From NCBI GenBank assembly GCA_018396755.1, contig JAGTQM010000008.1:6595-70594 (forward strand): a stretch of 64,000 bases of DNA. The letters are read 5' to 3'. Source of the stretch: Candidatus Bathyarchaeota archaeon. GTDB taxonomy: Archaea; Thermoproteota; CALKCG01; B24. The stretch's first letter is position 1; each line of letters opens with the position of its first letter. This document shows, piece after piece, positions 8,910 through 17,767 of this stretch. The translations under genes were made by a program, and so were the position numbers. The notes under the pieces are model-generated. The model had not been told where the DNA came from. It did not search any database and worked only from the letters and a program-made list of their open reading frames with translations.

Positions 8910-9320
8910 TCACAAACTTGGAGGCTTTTTCTGAAAGTACACGTATCTACCCTTCCTCCCACCTCTATGCAGTATATCGCTTCTAACTAAGTCTGCTAAA
9001 GTATGGGCTACAGCTGTCCTATCGTAGTGGAAGCCACGTTTACTAAGCTCTTCATGAACATCGCCGAGCGTTCTCCCAGTATTAAACCACCCAGCCTTCC
9101 AAAGATTAAGCAAAACACCTCTACAGGTCGATGGAATAGACTCTTTAATTTCCTCGGATTCAAGCTTACTGAACTCCCTATCAGGTAGAGAAAGGCTTTG
9201 AAATGCGCTTAGAAACTCTTCAACCGCCTTCTTAACTTGTTCTTCTCCACATTCTATCTCCGCTTCAACCCCTTGATACTTCAACTTTATCCTAACTCTT
9301 CTATCAGATTCCATATCCAA
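8910..9320 (-). CDS. paralog 4 (short form, 136 aa) of the beta-beta-alpha + wHTH family, divergent from nurA
   Basis: The N-terminus is RRVRIKLKYQGVEAEIECGEEQVKKAVEEFLSAF. The C-terminal wHTH-like part is TLGDVHEELSKRGFHYDRTAVAHTLADLVRSDILHRGGRKGRYVY. Confidence 0.65.
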   Translation of the reverse strand: MDMESDRRVRIKLKYQGVEAEIECGEEQVKKAVEEFLSAFQSLSLPDREFSKLESEEIKESIPSTCRGVLLNLWKAGWFNTGRTLGDVHEELSKRGFHYDRTAVAHTLADLVRSDILHRGGRKGRYVYFQKKPPSL

Positions 9321-9327
9321 TCACTTT

Positions 9328-9345
9328 GTTGATTGAACAATCAAC
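9328..9345. promoter_or_regulatory. 18-bp perfect palindrome GTTGATTGAACAATCAAC in the divergent promoter region
   Basis: I read it directly. It lies in the 72-bp gap between the paralog-4 start (9320) and the nurA start (9393), just upstream of a TTATAA box. Confidence 0.45.
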
Positions 9346-9392
9346 AACAACACTTATAAGGGAGTTCATCCTACATATAGATTGGTGATTGC

Positions 9393-10541
9393 ATGGATAT
9401 AAACATTTCCCCCTCAACAAACAACTCTCAAGAAGACTCTCAAAACCTCCCGTGGCTTAAAGAAATGCCCTACGTAAAACTCTACCAAGAACTCGTTGAC
9501 ACAGGTACTGAACTACTCCTCAACAGGCTTAAAGCATACAGGAGAGAGGTCTACAAACTTATAGAAGAAGTCAAAGACAGATTGAAGATCTACGAGGCTG
9601 TTTACGACAAAAATGGACCAGCTTCATCTAGAATCGTCGGAGTAGACGCTGGGAGAAACGGTACTGAGTACAAATTCGCATACATACCTCTATACGGTGC
9701 TATAGCGGTTTTAGTTGAAAACTGGGAGATCATAGATGAACCGCTATGTGTAACAGGGCCGCCAGACGTATGGGCTTCAGAGCTAGACCCAGATAAACGT
9801 GAAAGCCTCTTACACATGGCTTTAGAATATCACGTCGCCAGTAGAGCCGTAGAGAAGTGGAAGCCAGACTATCTTCTACTTGACGGGGGGATAGTGCTCA
9901 ACCCTAAGCTCTACCCAGACTTTCAAGCTTCACCACAATACGAGGGAGACTTCTACTTCACAGTCATAACAGTACTTGAACTTTTAAATACATGTAGGAA
10001 ACTCCACGTTCCAGTTTTAGGCTTTGTGAAACGTACACATATGAACTTCTACTCTTCATTCACAAAGAACAGCCAAATTAGAGATTCAATGCTGATGAAC
10101 TTCATTCTTAAAAATGGCGAATACTCTGAACCGTTCAGAGTTGAAAACGTGGTGACAGAATCCTATAGGGCTATCGCTGAAAGCCTAAGGTACGATAGAA
10201 GCCTACCAGCCATATACTCCAGCTACATTAAAACAGGCTCAGCCCCTTTTAGAGTAGAAGTCCCAATGTTCTGTTTAAATAAACTTAGAGAGTTGATGTC
10301 AGTCATCTACACAATGGCGGGCTTCGACGGCATCCCATACCCCATACATGAAGCAGATAGACTTTCCAGGATAACCCGACCAACGTCAAACATACACTCC
10401 CTAGTCCTCTACTCTAAAGCCCTAGAACTTGTTGAAAACGGAGAGATGGAGCTTAAAGACTTAGACCTACTACTGCTTGAATACGGTGAAGACTGGACGT
10501 TAAACAGAAACCTTGAAGATTTTAGAGGTGGCAATGTTTGA
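9393..10541 (+). CDS. nurA: NurA-family 5'-3' nuclease
   Basis: NurA-domain pattern is present (VGVDAGRN, LLLDGGIVLNP, GFVKRT, and a C-terminal EADRLSR). It overlaps herA by 4 nt (TTGA). Confidence 0.8.
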   Translation: MDINISPSTNNSQEDSQNLPWLKEMPYVKLYQELVDTGTELLLNRLKAYRREVYKLIEEVKDRLKIYEAVYDKNGPASSRIVGVDAGRNGTEYKFAYIPLYGAIAVLVENWEIIDEPLCVTGPPDVWASELDPDKRESLLHMALEYHVASRAVEKWKPDYLLLDGGIVLNPKLYPDFQASPQYEGDFYFTVITVLELLNTCRKLHVPVLGFVKRTHMNFYSSFTKNSQIRDSMLMNFILKNGEYSEPFRVENVVTESYRAIAESLRYDRSLPAIYSSYIKTGSAPFRVEVPMFCLNKLRELMSVIYTMAGFDGIPYPIHEADRLSRITRPTSNIHSLVLYSKALELVENGEMELKDLDLLLLEYGEDWTLNRNLEDFRGGNV

Positions 10542-13500
10542 AGCAGATAGGCTACGTACTATCCGGCTGCGACCAGAGCAGAATATCCTTTGTAGTTATG
10601 GAGGATTCCAAAGTCTACGTAAACAACTACTACTTCATAAACCACCCTTCAAGCTTATCTGGAGAATTCAACCCAGTTCTACTGAGAGTATACAAGATCA
10701 CACCCTACAACCCTGAAATGACGATAGGAAGCTTCGGACCGATAGCAGGTAAGAAAGGTGAAAAAGCATACTACGGTAAAAAGCTCGAGTATTTAGTAGC
10801 TTGGGCTGAAGTTTTAGGATACATATCTTGGGATGGCAAATGGAGGAGGCTTGAATGCAGCCCCAACACTTGGGACTTAGTATACGAACCTACTTACGAA
10901 GAACTTGAAGGATTCTTCATAAAACTATCAAGCAAAAATCTAAGCGATAGAGCAGACTTCTCAATAGCCATAGGTAGACACAGAGGATTAAACATACCCT
11001 TCCACTTAGATCTAAACGCCATAGCAAAAGGGCATATTTTCGTCGCTGGAATGAGCGTTGATTACGCGGAGCCGTTAATTTACATGGTTAACGGTATAAT
11101 CCACATAGAGAAGATCGGGGAATTTGTTGACAGGTTCTTCGCAGATGACTCTGAAGGCTCTATTCCAGTTGAGGGAGTATATATTCCAAGCTTCAACCCT
11201 GAAACTTATGAAGTTGGCTGGCGACCCGTGGCGGAGGTGATCCGCCACAGGTATGCTGGGGTTCTTGTAAGAATATTTACTGAAACTGGAAGATCCATAA
11301 CCGTTACCCCAGGTCATTCGGTCTTCGTACTGAGAGATGGTGAAGTTTCAACTATTCCAGCTTCCGAGATACGTGTTGGAGACTATCTCGTCGCCCCATC
11401 TGAAATCCCTATGGGGTCCAGACCTGTAACTGAAATAGATATCTTAGAAGTTCTTGGAAATTCAAGTGATAACAGAAGTATATATCTCCATAACGTCCCT
11501 GAAAGCGTTTATGAGAGGTTTGACGAGGACAATTTATGGTTTAAAGGCGATCGTGGTTTACGCTTGAGATGGCGTAGAAAAAAGATACTGCCCATAAGAT
11601 ACGCTAGACTTCTAATGTTTGAGGAGAAGACGAGTATTAAAATCGCTGCTAGAAGGGGTATAGAAATTCCGGCAATAATTAAGGTAGATGAAGAATTTGC
11701 GCGTTTAATGGGTTACTACGTGGCTAAGGGAAACACTAGGGCAAATAAAGGTAGAAGCTATAATGTAGTCTTTAACTTAGGCTTGAATGACCTAGACATA
11801 ATTGAGGATATACGTAGGATCATCAGCAGATTAACCGTCAATACTAAGGTTAGCGTTATTAAGAACAGTTCAAGTTATAGAATTATTATATACGATAAAG
11901 TTTTGACGCTTCTCTTCAGGAATCTAGCACCTGGAAATGCTAGGAATAAACGCGTTCCTTGGATTATTCTAAACTCCAAGCCTGAAGTAATGCTAGAGTT
12001 CATCAAAGCCTGGGTCATGGGAGACTCCGGTGTTACCGCAAGTAGATGGTTAGCTTCGGACGTACAGTACCTGTTCTTAACCCTCGGTATTTTAGCATCT
12101 TTTTCTACCCAAAAAATTCACAACGGTAAGCTTCCGAATGGTAGAAGATGCGTAGATACATCATGGTACAATTTAAAGCTTCCATATCTAACTACCAATG
12201 TCCCCAGTATTATGAAGACAGACCGGAGACTCAACAACCTTAAACTAATACCAGTTAGCTGTTTACCAAGTTTAATAAGAAACTTCAGCTACTACTATTC
12301 GAAATGTAGAGTTACAGAAAGCATCCTCAAGAAAATCGATAGATTAAACGATTACCTTCAGACAATTTCAAAAGGCGATGCTGAATTAAAAACCAGGTCA
12401 AAAGCAGCTAATGACGGGTTATATCGATTTCTACTAGGTTCAGGATTCGCAAATAAAAATGGACAGAGACTTATATTAACGAATAAAGGATATGAACTTC
12501 TTGAAGAAATAGATAGCCTTATCAAACTGTCTAATGGAAGGCTTTCATTCCTCAAGGTCGTTCGAGTTGAAACGGTAAAATCCACGCATGAATTCGTCTA
12601 CGATTTGTCAGTACCTGGTCATGAAAATTTCGTAGCTGGCTTTGGAGGAGTCTTCTGCCACAATACACGTAGCGGTAAGAGTACTTTTGTCTTAAACCTT
12701 ATAGCTAGAGCTCTTGAAAGCGATTTGAAGCCTAGGTTTGTAATATTTGATAGGAGGTGTGAATATTCTCTCTTATCAAAATACGGAGCTACAGTATTCT
12801 CATACCTCAGTTTCATACCTAAAACTGAGCTTATCTCCCCAAGCCTTGTAGCGTCTAGGCTTGGCTTAGACCCGAATAAGGCTGAAGGGAAGCTTCTATG
12901 TGAAGCTTTAAACTCTATAAAAGCTGATGGCTCCGATTTAACGGCTAAAAACCTGCTTAGGAGATGCGTAGAACTCTCCCCATACTTGGTTTCGAGAAGT
13001 AGAGATTCAGTTCTATCTAAAATTAGATGGGTTCTTGAGAGGCGTGGAGAATCCATATTCACGGAGGAGCATAAGCCTCTAAACATCGTGGAAACGCTTT
13101 ACGATAAACCAGCTGTAATCGTAGACTTCTCAGTTGACGCTAATATAGAAGACCAGCAGCTTACAGCCAAATACTTGATACGTGAAGTCGTAAACCACGC
13201 TATAAAATGTAGAACTACAGGAGACTTTGCCACAGTATTCGTAATAGAAGAAGCACAGTACTTCGTACCTGAGAAGGGTCTCAAAATAGAAGTTGGAAAT
13301 CCGGAGAAAACAGGAGTAGATAAACAGATAATAGAAGCAATAAGCCAAGCCGGAGGATACAACGTAGGCTTTATAATAGTTACCCAGAGACCTGCTTACA
13401 TTTCGAAGTCGATAATATCACAATGTAATACAATAGCGGCCTTCAGACTTATGGCTGGCAACGACCAGGAAGCAATCATAAAATACTCTGAATATGGAAG

Positions 13501-13693
13501 TGAAAGGATGAGTGACTATTTACCGGGATTAGCAGACCATGAAGCCCTCATATGGGGTATGGCGTCTCCAGTACCATTCCCAGTCACGGTAGAAATAGAC
13601 GTTAAAGACTACCCGTCTAAAACAGGAGTGACAGCTAAAGTATCATGGGAGAGGATGAAGATTAAAACCTCCAGCCTTAAAATCCAACATTAG
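10538..13693 (+). CDS. herA: HerA-family (DUF87/FtsK-like) hexameric ATPase, interrupted by an intein in the Walker A loop
   Basis: The N-terminus is HAS-barrel-like. Walker A is split as VAGM|intein|TRSGKST. Walker B is VFVIEEAQYF, followed by GFIIVTQRPAYISKSIISQCNT. The extein is 514 aa, a normal HerA size. Confidence 0.85.
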   Translation: MKQIGYVLSGCDQSRISFVVMEDSKVYVNNYYFINHPSSLSGEFNPVLLRVYKITPYNPEMTIGSFGPIAGKKGEKAYYGKKLEYLVAWAEVLGYISWDGKWRRLECSPNTWDLVYEPTYEELEGFFIKLSSKNLSDRADFSIAIGRHRGLNIPFHLDLNAIAKGHIFVAGMSVDYAEPLIYMVNGIIHIEKIGEFVDRFFADDSEGSIPVEGVYIPSFNPETYEVGWRPVAEVIRHRYAGVLVRIFTETGRSITVTPGHSVFVLRDGEVSTIPASEIRVGDYLVAPSEIPMGSRPVTEIDILEVLGNSSDNRSIYLHNVPESVYERFDEDNLWFKGDRGLRLRWRRKKILPIRYARLLMFEEKTSIKIAARRGIEIPAIIKVDEEFARLMGYYVAKGNTRANKGRSYNVVFNLGLNDLDIIEDIRRIISRLTVNTKVSVIKNSSSYRIIIYDKVLTLLFRNLAPGNARNKRVPWIILNSKPEVMLEFIKAWVMGDSGVTASRWLASDVQYLFLTLGILASFSTQKIHNGKLPNGRRCVDTSWYNLKLPYLTTNVPSIMKTDRRLNNLKLIPVSCLPSLIRNFSYYYSKCRVTESILKKIDRLNDYLQTISKGDAELKTRSKAANDGLYRFLLGSGFANKNGQRLILTNKGYELLEEIDSLIKLSNGRLSFLKVVRVETVKSTHEFVYDLSVPGHENFVAGFGGVFCHNTRSGKSTFVLNLIARALESDLKPRFVIFDRRCEYSLLSKYGATVFSYLSFIPKTELISPSLVASRLGLDPNKAEGKLLCEALNSIKADGSDLTAKNLLRRCVELSPYLVSRSRDSVLSKIRWVLERRGESIFTEEHKPLNIVETLYDKPAVIVDFSVDANIEDQQLTAKYLIREVVNHAIKCRTTGDFATVFVIEEAQYFVPEKGLKIEVGNPEKTGVDKQIIEAISQAGGYNVGFIIVTQRPAYISKSIISQCNTIAAFRLMAGNDQEAIIKYSEYGSERMSDYLPGLADHEALIWGMASPVPFPVTVEIDVKDYPSKTGVTAKVSWERMKIKTSSLKIQH
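11054..12664 (+). mobile_element. intein (537 aa) with LAGLIDADG homing-endonuclease domain
   Basis: Ser1 is in SVDYAEPLIY, block B is TVTPGHSV, and the LAGLIDADG-like motifs are LMGYYVAKGN and FIKAWVMGDSG. Blocks F and G are EFVYDLSVPGHENFVAG and GGVFCHN, followed by a +1 Thr. Removing the intein restores GMTRSGKST. Confidence 0.85.
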
Positions 13694-13923
13694 CATTTAC
13701 TAGAGTATAATATTGCAGCATAATTAAGAGAGCTAAAATTTTAGAAACCTCATTATACAGAAAGAGTAGGGTTCCACAGCTTGATGTGGAATTCTCATAT
13801 AGTCTTACAAGCAAAATTTTAGATATTCCTTTCAGAAGAAAACTCACTTTCTGAGAGGAATATGGTGGAAAGAAATTTAAATTTGATTGATAGGCACTGC
13901 CTACATGGTGTCTACCTAATAAA

Positions 13924-14925
13924 TCAAAGTGGAAGTGTAATAGGTCTACCTTCTTCAGCGGATTTAACGGCAGCAAGTGTTACTTCAAGCGTTCTAACGC
14001 CTTCAGATATGGGTGTTCTAGTGGCTCTATCCTCTAAAACAGCATCTATCAAGTCAAGCTCAGCTAAACTCATAGTATCTCTGAAAGGCTCAGCAAACTC
14101 CTCTACTTTAAACGGCGTCTTCGTACTCCAGTGGATCTTCAACCGGTTCGGGTCTTCAGATTCAAGCATGACATCCCAACCCACTATGCTCCACTTCAAG
14201 CCCCAAGTGTAAGGTGAAGCTCCTATAGTTGCCGTTACTACGCCTATCGCGCCTGATGAGAATCTTAAAACGACTCCGCTCACGTCTTCAATAGTCATAT
14301 CTTCAACGTCCTTGTAGAGTAGTCTATCCATCTCAGCGTAGACACGTTTAACATCCCCGCAAAGCCACACTATAATATCGTATAGATGTGTAGACTGTTC
14401 AACTATCTGTCCTCCGCTTTTAGACTTGTCTATCCACCAGTCTTTACGTATAAATCTACACCAGTATTTTCCAGAAGCCAACCCTATGAAGCCTAAACTA
14501 TTAGACTCGATAAGGCTTTTAGCTTTCTCAACGCCAGCTCCAAACCTCAACTGGTAGCCAACCTGACTTTTCACACCGTACTTCTCAACGGCTCTAGCCA
14601 TTTCCCTCGCAAGTTTAACGTCTAAAGCTATAGGCTTCTCAATGTATATGCTCACACCGTTTTCAGCAGCAATCATAACCTCATCGCTATGGGCGAAAGG
14701 CGGCAGACATATGAATACTACGTCCAATTTGGCTTTTTCAAGCATAGTTCGCCAATCTTCGTAAACCTCGCCACCGTAGATCGAAGCGAAACACTCAGCT
14801 CTAGAACGTACAACATCACTGAAAGCCTTAAACTCTACACTTTTAATATTCGAAAGACTTCTAGCATGGGCTTCAGCAATGCCGCCGCATCCTATAAAAC
14901 CGACAGCTAAACGCCTCATCAACAA
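13924..14925 (-). CDS. Gfo/Idh/MocA-family NAD(P)-dependent oxidoreductase
   Basis: It has an N-terminal Rossmann motif (VGFIGCGGIAEAHA) and an EKP motif (IYIEKPIA). Confidence 0.85.
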   Translation of the reverse strand: MLMRRLAVGFIGCGGIAEAHARSLSNIKSVEFKAFSDVVRSRAECFASIYGGEVYEDWRTMLEKAKLDVVFICLPPFAHSDEVMIAAENGVSIYIEKPIALDVKLAREMARAVEKYGVKSQVGYQLRFGAGVEKAKSLIESNSLGFIGLASGKYWCRFIRKDWWIDKSKSGGQIVEQSTHLYDIIVWLCGDVKRVYAEMDRLLYKDVEDMTIEDVSGVVLRFSSGAIGVVTATIGASPYTWGLKWSIVGWDVMLESEDPNRLKIHWSTKTPFKVEEFAEPFRDTMSLAELDLIDAVLEDRATRTPISEGVRTLEVTLAAVKSAEEGRPITLPL

Positions 14926-15018
14926 TCCCCCACCCCTATAACATGCTGACTGTTTAAATACTTAACCCCTCCAAGTTTAAGGCATCTCCAGCGTACTTAG
15001 AAGCATATACGAATCATT

Positions 15019-16164
15019 TTACTTCTTAAGAAGTAGAAGCGGAACAATTGTTAAAATTGCTAAGATGGAAGATACGTAGAATACAGAAGTAGAGCCTAAA
15101 CTACTCCAGAGCAAGCCCGCCATCATACTGGCTAGGGAAAAGCCAAGCCTCACAGCGGTTTGTCGAAATCCCATACCCATATTCCACTTAGAGTTCGGTA
15201 TAGCCATAGTTACAAGCGTCGCTGAAGCAGGCCAGGTAGCAGAGTACAAACCATATGAAACTGCGTAGATTATTGTGAAGAAGTTTAAATCTTCTACAAA
15301 GGGGAGGAACACGTAGAGAGATGTCATAATTAGGAGACATAGTTGGAGAAACCTCTTCAAATCCGTCTTCTTCAGGATATATGCTGCGCCGAGCTGAGAC
15401 ATCAACGTCGCCAGTCCAACCATTGAAAACATGAAACCCACTTGAGTCGTAGAAGCGTGAAACTTCTCTGAGACGTATATGGAGAGAAGGGTATTGCTCA
15501 CACCGACTGTTAAAGATATGAGCACGTGGAATACAATCAGCAGATTCATAGTTTTAAATAGTCTTCTAAAGCTCCAGTCTTCTTCGCTTTCCTCACTACA
15601 TTTACTCAAACCTTTAACCTCTCTAATCATCAAGGCTGGGGCTAAGCATAAAGCCATTACAGTAGATGCAACTGTGAAAACAGGGCTCCATCCATACATA
15701 TCTGCAATAACCCCTGCCAAGACCGGTGCTATTAAAGAGCCTAAGGGCCAAGCGATATTCATAAGACCATAAATACTAGCTCTATTTTCCAGTAGACTAG
15801 CTTCTGCTATGTAAACCATGCGAGCTGGTATGAACACATTAAACGAAACCGTGTAGATGATAACTAATGGGTAAAGCTGAACCCAGTTTTCCACAACCGC
15901 ATATAGAAGGACGGATATAGAGGCAGAGATTACGCTTAAAATTATTATCTTCCTATTTCCATATTTCTCAGCCATTAAACTGCTCGGTATGATTAAAGCT
16001 GTAGCTGTAAAGCTTGAAACTGAGAGGACAAACCCGACTTCTACAACGGAGGCCCCTAAACTCTGAATGAAAAGAGGCTGAAGGGGTGAAATCAAATCCA
16101 AAGCTAGAGCTATTCCTAAGTTGACTAGGAATAGAGCGTAGAGGCTTTTCTTAAGGTTTTCCAA
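15019..16164 (-). CDS. MFS transporter
   Basis: It has about 12 hydrophobic segments and an MFS-like loop (MAEKYGNRKII). Confidence 0.8.
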   Translation of the reverse strand: MENLKKSLYALFLVNLGIALALDLISPLQPLFIQSLGASVVEVGFVLSVSSFTATALIIPSSLMAEKYGNRKIIILSVISASISVLLYAVVENWVQLYPLVIIYTVSFNVFIPARMVYIAEASLLENRASIYGLMNIAWPLGSLIAPVLAGVIADMYGWSPVFTVASTVMALCLAPALMIREVKGLSKCSEESEEDWSFRRLFKTMNLLIVFHVLISLTVGVSNTLLSIYVSEKFHASTTQVGFMFSMVGLATLMSQLGAAYILKKTDLKRFLQLCLLIMTSLYVFLPFVEDLNFFTIIYAVSYGLYSATWPASATLVTMAIPNSKWNMGMGFRQTAVRLGFSLASMMAGLLWSSLGSTSVFYVSSILAILTIVPLLLLKK

Positions 16165-16466
16165 TCCCGCTCTTCCCCCCTCTTGAACAGTCCTTGAAAT
16201 GTTAAATCTTTCAATAAAAGACTATTAAATGCTACTCTTACAACTATCTACATTTTATCTTAAAAGAAGTATAGCGTTGCAATGTTCTCCATTGTATTCC
16301 CAGGTTCAGGTTGAAGTATCCGAAGCATGGATTGAACCGTAAAGTCCAAGAAAAATTTAACCGGAATGCTTCATTAAAGGGGGATCTAATTTAGGAAAAT
16401 GGTTTTAAAACTGTACTGAAAGGAGCAAAAAAGTATAATAGTGAGACTTCTTCAGAAAGAGAGAAC

Positions 16467-17693
16467 GTGAATATAGTAAGTTTAAGGTTTTCGGACATAA
16501 ATGGAACGTTGAAGGAAGTCATAATATCTGAGAAGCTTTTTGAAAAAGCCAATGTTGAAGGTATCTGGTTCGACGGCTCTTCAATAGAGGGGTTTGCAAG
16601 ACGTTTTGAAAGCGATATGCGTCTCATACCTGATACATTGTCAAGCTACCTGGTCAACGGCGTTAAAACATTCTTCTGCGAAGTTTACAAAGCAGGTCAA
16701 CCGTTCACTGGGGACCCACGTATAGTTTTGAAAAGGCTCCTACGTAAAACAGAAGAAGACTATAAAGTTAAACTAGTTGTAGCGGGCGAGCTTGAATTCT
16801 ACCTTCTAAGAAACGGTGAGGCTATCGATACCGGAGGATACTTCGACGTTTCTCCAAGGGATAAAGCCAACCTCGTTAAAATCCGAATAGCTGAGAAGCT
16901 TACAGAGGCCGGTATAGAGTGGAGTAGCGGACACCACGAGGTTGGGCCTGGACAAAACGAGATAGATATACTTCACGATTACGCTGTAAACACGGCTGAC
17001 AAGATACCTCTGACGAAAAACATAATTAAACTCGTATGCGAATCTGAGGGGTTGAAGGCTGTCTTCATGCCTAAACCCTTCTACGGTATGCCCGGAAACG
17101 GTATGCACATCCACTTAAGCCTCTGGAGTGGAAGTGAAAACATCTTCTACGATGAGAAAGGGCTTTACAAGCTTTCAGACTTCGCTAAAAGATTTATAGC
17201 GGGCATTTTCGAACACGCAGATGCAATAACCGCAGTGGCAAACCCTACGGTAAACTCCTATAAAAGACTTGGAGAGTTTGAAGCACCTAAATACGTCTAC
17301 TGGGGTATGAAGAATAGAGACGCATTGATAAGAATCCCGGAATTCGTCAGTAAAAATTCAGCTAGAATAGAGTATAGGGCTTCAGACCCATCTGCAAACC
17401 CATACCTGCTCTTCACGGCTCTACTTGTAGCTGGACTTGACGGTGTTGAGAGAAGCCTAGAGCCTCCGGAGCCTATTGAAACAGACATATATGAGAGAGG
17501 ACTGTATAAGAGTCTGTCAACACTACCGTCAACACTTAAAGACGCTTTAGAAGCGTTTAGAAGAGACTCCGTCGTGAGTAGTGCATTAGGAGAAGCTGGT
17601 GAAAACCTTCTAAACCTTAAACTAAGAGAATGGGAAGAATACACGTGTAAAAGAATAACAGACTGGGAGAAGGAGAAATACATCGATGTGTAA
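16467..17693 (+). CDS. glnA: glutamine synthetase family protein (short type I-like)
   Basis: Conserved motifs are FDGSSIEGF, ELEFYL, HHEVGPGQNEI, NGMHIHLSL, NSYKRL and RASDPSANPYL. The start is GTG. Confidence 0.85.
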   Translation: MNIVSLRFSDINGTLKEVIISEKLFEKANVEGIWFDGSSIEGFARRFESDMRLIPDTLSSYLVNGVKTFFCEVYKAGQPFTGDPRIVLKRLLRKTEEDYKVKLVVAGELEFYLLRNGEAIDTGGYFDVSPRDKANLVKIRIAEKLTEAGIEWSSGHHEVGPGQNEIDILHDYAVNTADKIPLTKNIIKLVCESEGLKAVFMPKPFYGMPGNGMHIHLSLWSGSENIFYDEKGLYKLSDFAKRFIAGIFEHADAITAVANPTVNSYKRLGEFEAPKYVYWGMKNRDALIRIPEFVSKNSARIEYRASDPSANPYLLFTALLVAGLDGVERSLEPPEPIETDIYERGLYKSLSTLPSTLKDALEAFRRDSVVSSALGEAGENLLNLKLREWEEYTCKRITDWEKEKYIDV

Positions 17694-17767
17694 CTTTGCC
17701 CATTATAGAATTCTAAACAAGTCCTTTTATACCAGTAGCATCGTTCTACTTTCCTCGGCGGAAACAC

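Noticed and set aside
10513-10716. 67-aa ORF starting at an ATG near the nurA/herA junction
   Set aside because: It lies out of frame with the HerA HAS-barrel sequence. The TTG at 10538, in a 4-nt overlap with the nurA stop, gives a proper HerA N-terminus (MKQIGYVLSG...).
10538-13693. Possibility that the 1051-aa ORF is a fusion of HerA with an unrelated gene or a novel giant ATPase
   Set aside because: The extra sequence is fully explained by a canonical intein whose removal restores the Walker A motif.
13694-13923. Short hairpins (TTCCACA-N6-TGTGGAA, and an imperfect TTCCTTTCAGAA/TTCTGAGAGGAA) between the convergent herA and oxidoreductase genes
   Set aside because: These may be terminator-like, but archaeal termination mostly uses T-runs and the stems are short or imperfect. 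The evidence is not enough to call a feature.
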